NCBI GenBank assembly: GCA_003554865.1 | Contig: PWHJ01000088.1 | Coordinates: 90,341 to 154,340, forward strand | Reading direction: 5' to 3' | Length of the DNA: 64,000 nucleotides | DNA from: Bacteroidota bacterium | GTDB lineage: Bacteria; Bacteroidota; Bacteroidia; Bacteroidales; PUMT01 | In this document: piece after piece, positions 56,443 through 64,000 of the stretch | How the letters are laid out: each line of letters begins with the position of its first letter | Position numbering within the stretch: the stretch's first letter is position 1 | Translations under genes and position numbers: made by a program | The notes under the pieces: generated by a model | The model's input: the letters and a program-made list of their open reading frames with translations, nothing else | Database searches by the model: none | What the model was told of the DNA's origin: nothing

Positions 56443-58722
56443 ATGTCAGGGAAAAATAACAACAGATATAAAACATTTCGTGTTGAGGTTAAGGGACTTG
56501 TACAGGGTGTTGGTTTCAGACCCTTTATTTACAGGCTGGCCTCCGGTTTAGGTCTCAGCGGCAGTGTCGAGAACCGCAATGACGGGGTGAGCGTATTGGT
56601 TAACTGCGATGAGCGGCAGGTTGAGCAATTTGTCAGATGTATCAGGGAATCTGCCCCTCCCGCTTCAAATATTGAGTCGGTTGCCTTTGAAGAGGTACCC
56701 CTTCTTGAGATGCAGGGGTTTCAAATAGTCAAAAGCAGATCCGTTTCCGATACCGTAACAGATGTAAGTCCCGATATAGCAGTCTGCGATGATTGTCTTG
56801 GCGATATGAAAACCCAGTCAAACCGCATAGATTATCCATTTGTCAACTGCACCAATTGCGGTCCGCGGTTCACCATTATTAAGGACCTCCCTTACGACAG
56901 GGAGAAGACAACAATGAGGGATTTCAGGATGTGCTCCTCCTGCCGCGGGGAGTACGATGATATAACAGACCGCAGGTTCCATGCACAGCCGGTTGCCTGC
57001 GCCGATTGCGGTCCCCGCTACCACCTTCACTTAAGCGATGGCAGTGAAATATCCGATCAGCGCCGGATTTTGGAAACAGCAATCCGGCTTATGGAAAATA
57101 GAGGAATTGTTGCAATTAAGGGGTTGGGCGGTTATTTTTTAGCCTGCGATGCTTTTTCCCGGGAGGCGGTGGCAAGATTGAGAAAGCTAAAGGCTCGCGA
57201 AGGCAAGCCTTTAGCCGTTATGTTTTCCGGTATCAGCACCCTGAGCCGTTATGCCCATGCAGGGGAGCAGGAGAAAAAATCGCTTTTGTCTCTTAAAAGA
57301 CCGATTGTTTTGCTCGGTGAAAAAGCGCCCTTTCCTTACCAGGTTAATGCAGGATTTGACACAATCGGTGCAATGTTGCCCTATATGCCTTTTCACTATT
57401 TAATGTTTGAAAACTCGAGGCTTGAGGCTATAGTTATGACAAGCGGCAACATCTCGGATGAGCCTATTATAACCACCAACAGTAAGGCTGTTGAGACCTT
57501 CGGCAAAATTTGTGATGCGGTTCTCACATATAACAGAGAAATTTATAACAGAACCGACGATTCGGTGGTCAGGGTAATAAACGGAAAAGAACGTGTTTTC
57601 AGGCGTTCAAGAGGCTATGCTCCGGTCCCGGTCAATGTCTCATCCAATGTCGAGGGTCTGCTTGCCACCGGTGGAGAGCTTTCCAACTGCTTTTGCATAG
57701 GAAAGGGGAGTCAGGCTATTTTAAGCCAGCATATAGGTGATCTGAAAAATATTGAAACATGGGAATATTATACCGAAACTATCGAAAAGTACAAGAAGCT
57801 TTTCAGGTTTAAACCCTCGCATGTTGTAACCGACATGCATCCCGATTATCTTTCCACCCGTTATTCGGACAATTTTGATTTACCCGTTTTCAGGGTTCAG
57901 CATCATCATGCACATATAGCTTCATCCATGGCCTGCCATGGTTTGGATGAGACCGTGACAGGAGTGGCCATGGATGGTACCGGGTATGGTGATGACGGCA
58001 ATATCTGGGGAAGCGAGTTTTTGGTTTGTGATCTTGAAGATTACCGGAGGGTATCACATTTTGAGTATATGCCAATGCCCGGGGGAGACAGGGTTGCCGG
58101 TGAGCCATGGCGTATGGGGGTATCTCTTTTGTATAAAACCTTTGGGAAGGATTTTACCTCTATTGATATTCCCTTTATCAGAAACCTGGATAAAGAAAAA
58201 GCAGATATTTTGTGCAGGGCAATGGATGAGGGTATTACACCTCTTTCTGCAGGTGCCGGCCGGCTGTTTGACGGTGTGAGTGCCCTGACCGGATTATGCG
58301 TTGAAAGCAGCTTTCATGCCGAGGCCCCAATGCGGCTTGAATCGGCTCTTAAAAAGGGAGTTTCAAAATCTTATAAATATATTACAGGGGAAAGCATTTC
58401 ATTTACACCTGCAATTGAGGGAATTGTAAAGGATTTGACAAGTGGTGTTCCGGTTTCGGTTATATCTGCACGTTTTCACAATACAGTGATTGATGCCGTG
58501 GTAAATACGGTATCCCTCATAAGCCGAAGCAGGGGTATAAAAAAAGTTGTCCTCTCCGGCGGGACTTTTCAGAACGCCTATTTGACCGAAAATATTGAAA
58601 AAAGGCTAAAGGGGGAAGGTTTCAGGATTTTCCCTCACCTGGATGTGCCGGCCAATGATGGGGGAATAGCTTTGGGACAGCTAATCGTAGGTGCCGAAAA
58701 AAGGAGAAGGGGAAAACAATAA
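56443..58722 (+). CDS. hypF: [NiFe]-hydrogenase maturation carbamoyltransferase HypF
   Basis: 759 aa. It has an acylphosphatase domain (VKGLVQGVGFRPFIYRLA), two zinc-finger pairs (CDDCLGDM...CTNCGPRF; CSSCRGEY...CADCGPRY), and YrdC-like and Kae1-like domains. Confidence 0.95.
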   Translation: MSGKNNNRYKTFRVEVKGLVQGVGFRPFIYRLASGLGLSGSVENRNDGVSVLVNCDERQVEQFVRCIRESAPPASNIESVAFEEVPLLEMQGFQIVKSRSVSDTVTDVSPDIAVCDDCLGDMKTQSNRIDYPFVNCTNCGPRFTIIKDLPYDREKTTMRDFRMCSSCRGEYDDITDRRFHAQPVACADCGPRYHLHLSDGSEISDQRRILETAIRLMENRGIVAIKGLGGYFLACDAFSREAVARLRKLKAREGKPLAVMFSGISTLSRYAHAGEQEKKSLLSLKRPIVLLGEKAPFPYQVNAGFDTIGAMLPYMPFHYLMFENSRLEAIVMTSGNISDEPIITTNSKAVETFGKICDAVLTYNREIYNRTDDSVVRVINGKERVFRRSRGYAPVPVNVSSNVEGLLATGGELSNCFCIGKGSQAILSQHIGDLKNIETWEYYTETIEKYKKLFRFKPSHVVTDMHPDYLSTRYSDNFDLPVFRVQHHHAHIASSMACHGLDETVTGVAMDGTGYGDDGNIWGSEFLVCDLEDYRRVSHFEYMPMPGGDRVAGEPWRMGVSLLYKTFGKDFTSIDIPFIRNLDKEKADILCRAMDEGITPLSAGAGRLFDGVSALTGLCVESSFHAEAPMRLESALKKGVSKSYKYITGESISFTPAIEGIVKDLTSGVPVSVISARFHNTVIDAVVNTVSLISRSRGIKKVVLSGGTFQNAYLTENIEKRLKGEGFRIFPHLDVPANDGGIALGQLIVGAEKRRRGKQ

Positions 58723-58778
58723 ATTTTCTTAATTTTGCGGCTGAAAAAATGTGGTTGTGAATTAATAACAGCTGATAT

Positions 58779-59024
58779 ATGTGCTTGAGTATTCCCGGAA
58801 AAGTTATATCCGTTGACGGTGACAAAGCCGTTGTCTCCGTGGGCGGCACCCAATATGAAACATCCCTTCAGTTGCTTGAGGAGGTGAATGTGGGTGATTA
58901 TGTGCTTATGCATACCGGCTTTGCCATACAAAAATTAAGTGAAGAAGAGGCAGAGGAAACTCTGCGTTTGTTCAACGAGCTGGATGAGATGAACAAACGC
59001 GAAGATGAAGATCAACTTCCCTGA
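58779..59024 (+). CDS. hypC: Hydrogenase assembly chaperone HypC/HupF family
   Basis: It has an MCLSIPGKV N-terminus (essential Cys2) and GDYVLMHTGFAI. 81 aa with an acidic tail. Confidence 0.93.
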   Translation: MCLSIPGKVISVDGDKAVVSVGGTQYETSLQLLEEVNVGDYVLMHTGFAIQKLSEEEAEETLRLFNELDEMNKREDEDQLP

Positions 59025-59048
59025 TTTTTTCTACCTAACATATTATTA

Positions 59049-60128
59049 ATGAAGTATATTGACGAGTATAGGGACAGGGAGCTGGTAAGTAACCTGGCAG
59101 AAAAAATAGCCTCTGTTGCAAACCGGCAGGTGGCTTTGATGGAAGTATGCGGAGGGCATACCTGGGCAATGCAGAAATTTGGCATACCCTCTCTGCTGCC
59201 TTCCAATGTAAAATTGATGTCTGGTCCCGGTTGCCCTGTATGTGTCACAGGCAAGGGCTTTATCGATCATGTTGTTGCCTTGAGCCGAAGGGAAGATGTT
59301 ATTGTAACAACATTCGGCGATTTGATGAGAGTTCCCGGCTCTTCCTCTTCCCTTGAAAAGGAAAAAAGCAGGGGCGCAGATATTCGGCTTGTATATTCGG
59401 TTTTGGATGCTCTTGATATAGCAAGGGAAAATCCTTCCAAAAAGGTTGTTTTTCCCGGGATCGGATTTGAAACTACCGCACCCGGAACTGCTGCGGGTAT
59501 TAAAAATGCTGCGGCGGAGAATATCGAAAACTTTTTTGTTCTCAGCTCGCACAAAGTAATGCCTCCCGCTATGGGTACTCTGATCGATGAAGGGGTGAAA
59601 ATTGACGGGTATATTGCCCCGGGCCATGTAAGTACCATTACCGGTTCGGGAATATACAGGGATATTCCTCAAAAATACGGGGTAGGGTGTGTTATTTCAG
59701 GTTTTGAGCCTGTCGATATTTTGCAGTCGGTCTACATGCTTTTGCGCCAGATTAACAAGGGCAGGTTCTGTGTTGAGATACAGTATAAAAGGGTGGTAAA
59801 ACCAGAAGGCAACAAAATAGCGTTAAAGATGATGGAGGAGGTGTTTGAACTGAGGGATGACTGGTGGAGGGGGTTTGGTGTTATTCCTTTTAGCGGAATG
59901 GGTATTGGAGAAAAGTTTGCCCGATTTGATGCCGAAAAGATGATAGAAGCTGAAGTTGAAAAAACCGTCGAAGATAAAGGGTGTATATGTGGTGAGATTT
60001 TAAAGGGTTTGAAAAGACCCGATGAATGCCCCCTTTTCGGCAAGGTTTGCAATACGGTAAATCCGGTGGGAGCCTGCATGGTTTCGCATGAAGGTGCATG
60101 CAATGCTTATTACAGATTCAATTCATGA
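59049..60128 (+). CDS. hypD: Hydrogenase formation protein HypD
   Basis: 359 aa with CGGHT, GPGCPVCV, PGHVS and the C-terminal Cys-rich region (CICGEILKG...CPLFGKVC...GACMVSHEGAC). Confidence 0.95.
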   Translation: MKYIDEYRDRELVSNLAEKIASVANRQVALMEVCGGHTWAMQKFGIPSLLPSNVKLMSGPGCPVCVTGKGFIDHVVALSRREDVIVTTFGDLMRVPGSSSSLEKEKSRGADIRLVYSVLDALDIARENPSKKVVFPGIGFETTAPGTAAGIKNAAAENIENFFVLSSHKVMPPAMGTLIDEGVKIDGYIAPGHVSTITGSGIYRDIPQKYGVGCVISGFEPVDILQSVYMLLRQINKGRFCVEIQYKRVVKPEGNKIALKMMEEVFELRDDWWRGFGVIPFSGMGIGEKFARFDAEKMIEAEVEKTVEDKGCICGEILKGLKRPDECPLFGKVCNTVNPVGACMVSHEGACNAYYRFNS

Positions 60129-61141
60129 TGGAAAAATATATACAGATCGGACATGGAAGCGGAGGGAAACTTACACACTCCCTGATAAAGGATTTGTTTT
60201 ACAAGTACTTTGAAAACAGGTTTCTTGCCCGTGAGGGCGATTCTGCCTTGCTGGAGGCGGGGTCACAAAAGCTTGCCTTCACTACCGATTCCTATGTAGT
60301 TGACCCGGTTTTTTTCCCGGGTGGCAATATCGGCACTATTGCCGTCTGTGGTACGGTTAACGATCTGGCCGTTTCGGGGGCAATTCCCAGATATATAAGT
60401 GCCGCTTTTATTATTGAAGAGGGATTGGCTTTCCAGGAGCTTGAATCGGTTGTATCCGCAATGGCCGAAGAGGCCCGCAGGGCGAATGTCCTTGTTGTAA
60501 CCGGTGACACCAAGGTTGTCAGCAAGGGTCAATGCGACAAGCTTTTTATAAATACTTCAGGTATAGGCCAGGTTGAAGAAAAATATGCTGAGATAGGCGT
60601 GGGGAGCGGTATCAGGGCAGGCGACAAAATAATAATAAACGGCTCCATTGCCCGTCACGGTATGGCTGTTATGGCCGCACGCAATTTTCAGGGATTCAAA
60701 AGTGATATCAGCTCCGATTGCTCTCCTTTGAACACTCTCATTAGTGATGTTCTTGATACGGGTGCCGGCATTAAGTTTATGCGCGATGCCACAAGGGGAG
60801 GGTTGGCAACTGTGGCTTGCGAAATAACCCGGCTAAGCAGGTATGGTATAGATATAGATGAGAATTCGGTGCCGGTTGATGAGAATGTGAGGGGTATGTG
60901 TGAGTTGCTGGGATTTGATCCGTTTTATGTTGCAAACGAGGGGAAGGTTGTTATGGTTGCAGATGCCGCTGATGCCGAAAAAGTTGTTCAGACAATGAAA
61001 AGCCATCCACTGGGCAGGGATGCCGCCGTTATAGGAGAGGTGGTTGATGAGCATCCCGGCAGGGCGGTCTTGCATACCGGTATAGGGGGCAGAAGGATTA
61101 TGGACATGCTTGCAGGCGGTCAGCTGCCCAGAATTTGCTAA
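60125..61141 (+). CDS. hypE: Hydrogenase expression/formation protein HypE
   Basis: The ATG at 60125 overlaps the hypD stop (ATGA). It has GHGSGG and the AIR-synthase-like fold, and ends in the PRIC motif carrying the cyanated Cys. Confidence 0.95.
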   Translation: MMEKYIQIGHGSGGKLTHSLIKDLFYKYFENRFLAREGDSALLEAGSQKLAFTTDSYVVDPVFFPGGNIGTIAVCGTVNDLAVSGAIPRYISAAFIIEEGLAFQELESVVSAMAEEARRANVLVVTGDTKVVSKGQCDKLFINTSGIGQVEEKYAEIGVGSGIRAGDKIIINGSIARHGMAVMAARNFQGFKSDISSDCSPLNTLISDVLDTGAGIKFMRDATRGGLATVACEITRLSRYGIDIDENSVPVDENVRGMCELLGFDPFYVANEGKVVMVADAADAEKVVQTMKSHPLGRDAAVIGEVVDEHPGRAVLHTGIGGRRIMDMLAGGQLPRIC

Positions 61142-61153
61142 ATAAGCGTTATT

Positions 61154-61495
61154 ATGCATGAACTCTCGATTGTGATGAACATACTCGACATTGTAGAGGA
61201 GAATGCCTCAAAGAACAATGCTGTAGCGGTGCATGAAATTGAGCTGGATGTGGGTGAGCTGGCCGGCATTGAATTTGATGCCCTCGGCTTTGCCTTTGAA
61301 AATGCGGAAAAAACCAAAATGCTCAAAGATGTTAAATTCACTGTAAACAGGATAACTCCGGTGGCCCGTTGTAGCAATTGCACCCATGAGTTTGATACAT
61401 CAGCCTATTACTCTGAATGCCCCCGTTGTGGCTCGGTCAAAACAACGATAGTTAAAGGTAATGAGCTGAAGGTCAGGTCATTCAAAATGGACTGA
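61154..61495 (+). CDS. hypA: Hydrogenase nickel-insertion protein HypA
   Basis: 113 aa with an MHELS N-terminus (Ni site) and the zinc site CSNC...CPRCG. Confidence 0.93.
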   Translation: MHELSIVMNILDIVEENASKNNAVAVHEIELDVGELAGIEFDALGFAFENAEKTKMLKDVKFTVNRITPVARCSNCTHEFDTSAYYSECPRCGSVKTTIVKGNELKVRSFKMD

Positions 61496-61672
61496 TCTGC
61501 TTTGTAAGTGCCAGGCAAGCTTGTTTTGCCTGACCGCATAAGCCTGCACGTAACAAGGCCTGCCTGTAAGGCAAAACTAATTTCAAACAGGGGAAGACAC
61601 TTTTAAATGGCAGGTAATTGGAAAAAATATCACTATATTTACTTTAGTAAAAAAACATAAAAAACTCTGATT

Positions 61673-62539
61673 ATGTGTACAACATGTGGATGCGAACAAA
61701 CCGGCAACACAACAAAGTATACCATACCCGGCCGGGAGGGAGGTCATTCTCATGATCACCATCACGGGGATGGTCACGGTAATGACCACAGCCACCCCCA
61801 TCATAATGAACACTCACATGATCACGGCCATTCTCATACCCATGATCACCCTCACGAGCATTACCATTCTCATTCCCATGACGGCAGAGGATCGAAGGTG
61901 GTGCAGCTCGAACAGGATGTGCTGGCTCAGAATAACCTGCTTGCAGAAAGGAACAGGGGCTATTTTGAGGCAAAGAATATTTTTGCCCTTAACATGGTCA
62001 GCTCTCCCGGTTCGGGCAAGACAACCCTTATAGAAAAGATCATAACCGGCTCAGGCCGTGATATGAAGTTTTATGTTATAGAGGGCGACCAGCAGACTAT
62101 GAATGATGCCAGGCGTATTGATGCCACCGGTGCTCCGGTTATCCAGGTCAACACAGGCAGCGGATGCCATCTTGATGCCGGCATGGTAAACAAGGCAGTT
62201 AAACAGCTAAATGTAGCCGACAATTCTGTACTGATCATTGAAAATGTGGGTAATCTGGTTTGCCCCTCTATGTTTGATCTCGGTGAGGGCAGGCGCATTG
62301 TGGTTATAAGTGTAACAGAAGGGGAGGACAAGCCATTGAAGTATCCCGGAATGTTTCATTCCTCCGATATTTGTGTGATAAACAAAATAGATCTGTTGCC
62401 CCATCTGGATTTTAACCTTGACAAATGCAGGGAATATGCCCTGAAGTTCAATCACAAGCTTGAGTTTTTCACTGTTTCGGCTACAACAGGCGAGGGGATG
62501 GATGAATTATACAACTGGATAGGTGAGGCGATAAGCTGA
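61673..62539 (+). CDS. hypB: Hydrogenase nickel-incorporation GTPase HypB with His-rich nickel-storage tract
   Basis: 288 aa with the N-terminal MCTTCGC high-affinity Ni motif. There are 22 His within residues 25-69. The G-domain has SSPGSGKTTL, ENVGNLVCP and NKIDL. Confidence 0.95.
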   Translation: MCTTCGCEQTGNTTKYTIPGREGGHSHDHHHGDGHGNDHSHPHHNEHSHDHGHSHTHDHPHEHYHSHSHDGRGSKVVQLEQDVLAQNNLLAERNRGYFEAKNIFALNMVSSPGSGKTTLIEKIITGSGRDMKFYVIEGDQQTMNDARRIDATGAPVIQVNTGSGCHLDAGMVNKAVKQLNVADNSVLIIENVGNLVCPSMFDLGEGRRIVVISVTEGEDKPLKYPGMFHSSDICVINKIDLLPHLDFNLDKCREYALKFNHKLEFFTVSATTGEGMDELYNWIGEAIS

Positions 62540-62617
62540 TCTTTAAGCTAATTTTCCGCCGGGACTTTTTTAGTTAAAATTTTCAATTTTTTTATTGCCG
62601 CTTTTTTATAAAAAACT

Positions 62618-62625
62618 TACTTTTG
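62618..62625 (+). promoter_or_regulatory. Candidate -7 promoter box (TACTTTTG) for nikR
   Basis: TAnnTTTG match 28 nt upstream of the nikR ATG. It overlaps the left arm of the palindrome by 2 nt. Confidence 0.4.
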
Positions 62626-62653
62626 TGTCACATATTTTTAAATTGATGACACA
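62624..62653. promoter_or_regulatory. Perfect inverted repeat TGTGTCA-N16-TGACACA: candidate NikR operator
   Basis: Seen directly: TGTGTCA (62624-62630), a 16-nt AT-rich spacer CATATTTTTAAATTGA, then TGACACA (62647-62653). It has the same half-site/N16/half-site geometry as the E. coli NikR operator GTATGA-N16-TCATAC. It lies between the -7 box and the nikR start codon. Confidence 0.5.
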
Positions 62654-63054
62654 TGAAGGTGAAAAGGTTCGGTGTATCCCTTGAAGAGGATATACTAACT
62701 GAGCTGGACAAGCTGGTTGAAAAAAGTAAGTTTCCCAACCGGTCACGGGCGATAAGATATCTAATAAAAGATTCTCTGACAAAGGAAAAGATTGACAGCA
62801 ACAAAATTGTTGCAGGTGCGGTAGTTATAGTTTACGATCATCACAAGCGGGAGCTGAATAACAATCTTATGCATGTACAGCACGAGTATCACGATCTGAT
62901 ACTCTCAACCCAGCATGTTCATCTTGCCCATGACCTGTGCCTGGAGACTATTGCCGTGAAAGGCAATGCGCTTAAGCTTAAGGAGTTGTCCGACAGGATA
63001 ATCGGGACAAAAGGGGTCAAGCACGGAAGGTTTGTTATGACAGATATTGAATAA
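62653..63054 (+). CDS. nikR: Nickel-responsive transcriptional regulator NikR
   Basis: 133 aa. It has an N-terminal ribbon-helix-helix (KRFGVSLEEDILTELDKLVEKSKFPNRSRAIRYLI) and a C-terminal ACT-like domain with the Ni ligand pattern HVQHEYHD...HVHLAHDLCLE. Confidence 0.92.
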   Translation: MKVKRFGVSLEEDILTELDKLVEKSKFPNRSRAIRYLIKDSLTKEKIDSNKIVAGAVVIVYDHHKRELNNNLMHVQHEYHDLILSTQHVHLAHDLCLETIAVKGNALKLKELSDRIIGTKGVKHGRFVMTDIE

Positions 63055-63146
63055 ATTTTTTTTACACCAAAAGTAACACGAATTATGCAGATGTTGACAC
63101 CAAGAAATATCACAATTATAAAAAAGAAAAAATAATCATCGCAATT

Positions 63147-64000
63147 ATGAATTACAGAATATTTTTTTTACCAGTGTTCATTTTCTTTTCTCTTTCTTTT
63201 TCTCTTGCCGGTAATCAGCTTTCCGATACAGTACGCCGCGGGCCACAATTGACTGATACAAATCACACCGTGCAGCACTCCCCCGATACCATATACTCTA
63301 TGCTGGAATTTGAAGAGCTGGTGGTAACGGCAACAAAAACCGAGCGCGACAATTTTGAGATACCTTCAAGAATATCTGTTATTAATCATGAAATGCTTAA
63401 GCTGTCTTCATCAGGACAGATAGATGATATTTTAAGGTTTACCCCCGGGGTGAATGTCAACAGGGGGGCAGGGATGTACACTCAGCGTCCCATGGTTACC
63501 GTGCGCGGACTATCAGGCGACGAGCAGTCAAGGACTCTTGTTCTTATGAACGGTGTGCCTCTTAACACATCTGATGAAGGAGGGGTGAACTGGAACAGGA
63601 TAAATCATTATGATATAGAAAAAGTGGAGGTCTTCAAGGGACCGGGCTCTTCCCTTTACGGGAACAATGCAATGGGAGGGGTTATTAATCTTATAACCAA
63701 AACACCTTCAGAGCCTGTTGAGGTTTTTAGCGGTGTCGGGTATGGAAGATATAATACCCTCCGCCAGGATCTCAATGTGCGTGTCAGAAGTGAGGAGGGC
63801 TATTACGGAGCCCTCTCGCAGTTTTATCTTCAAAGTGACGGATACAATAGTATTCCGCCTGAGGAGAGAACCCCCCACGACAGGAAGCGTTTTCTTGAAG
63901 AAATGGGTGTTTCCGCACGACTTGGTTATGATCAGAGCAAATGGCTTAACTGGGAAATTCAGTATGATGTTTTCAGGGATAAGCGGGGAGAAGGTTTTCA
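63147..64000 (+). CDS. TonB-dependent outer-membrane receptor, N-terminal fragment (runs off the window end)
   Basis: My own translation from ATG 63147: MNYRIFFLPVFIFFSLSFSLAGNQ... (signal peptide), then the plug domain (ELVVTATKTERDNFEIPSRISVI, ILRFTPGVNV, VTVRGLSGDEQSRTLVLMNGVPLN, IEKVEVFKGPGSSLYGNNAMGGVINLIT). The frame is open to base 64000. Confidence 0.88.
   Translation, partial: MNYRIFFLPVFIFFSLSFSLAGNQLSDTVRRGPQLTDTNHTVQHSPDTIYSMLEFEELVVTATKTERDNFEIPSRISVINHEMLKLSSSGQIDDILRFTPGVNVNRGAGMYTQRPMVTVRGLSGDEQSRTLVLMNGVPLNTSDEGGVNWNRINHYDIEKVEVFKGPGSSLYGNNAMGGVINLITKTPSEPVEVFSGVGYGRYNTLRQDLNVRVRSEEGYYGALSQFYLQSDGYNSIPPEERTPHDRKRFLEEMGVSARLGYDQSKWLNWEIQYDVFRDKRGEGF

Noticed and set aside
61583-62033. 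Three overlapping ORFs (76, 100, 115 aa) across the start of hypB
   Set aside because: They are alternative-frame and antisense readings of the CAT/CAC/GAT-rich His-tract DNA. The HypB frame has the CxxCGC motif and a GTPase domain downstream.

Overview
This is a dense, mostly housekeeping chromosomal segment that reads as Bacteroidota, probably class Bacteroidia. Support for that: it looks moderately AT-rich by eye, has TAnnTTTG -7 promoter boxes and mostly SD-less A-rich leaders, and carries lineage-typical genes (DUF3276/PUR-like, DUF3467 after rpoC, ribosomal protein THX, a PorT-like barrel, a long NusB). Content in order: (1-4.6 kb) tricorn-like peptidase fragment, GH3::beta-lactamase-fold fusion, methylmalonyl-CoA epimerase, rubredoxin (below the ORF-track cutoff). 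(4.6-9.6 kb) metal-ion block: M-box riboswitch plus mgtE, and on the other strand feoAB, a small Cys-rich peptide and DUF456. (9.9-27.5 kb) PUR-like protein, nusB-yajC-ybbR-like-coaE, HpcH-type aldolase, mnmA, THX, PorT-like barrel, TrmH-type methyltransferase, BamA/TamA-family barrel, class I FBA, two Na+-coupled amino-acid transporters, ComEA-like HhH protein, rpsU-xerC/D-hpf. (27.5-40.9 kb) the classical tRNA(Thr-Tyr-Gly-Thr)-tuf-tRNA(Trp)-secE-nusG-rplKAJL-rpoBC block. (41-50 kb) etfBA plus acyl-CoA dehydrogenase, DUF2520, kdsC, UbiA-type prenyltransferase, maf, S46 peptidase. (50-64 kb) the only accessory-looking part: a mobB/mobA fusion divergent from a nuoE-like/nuoF-like/fdhA (Cys-type) formate dehydrogenase operon, then hypF-C-D-E-A-B, nikR and a TonB-dependent receptor fragment. 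There are five tRNAs. I saw no rRNA, CRISPR, transposase, phage or recognisable defence genes. I did not find convincing evidence for a wholly new system. The best leads are all in the 50-64 kb formate/hydrogenase-maturation/nickel island: (a) a perfect TGTGTCA-N16-TGACACA palindrome on the nikR promoter, a candidate Bacteroidota NikR operator; (b) a NikR-linked TonB-dependent receptor, a candidate outer-membrane nickel importer; (c) a formate dehydrogenase wired to a HydB/HydC-like diaphorase module; (d) a complete hyp set with no hydrogenase structural genes in the window. All protein calls rest on my own recognition of motifs and families in the translations. No database search was run.
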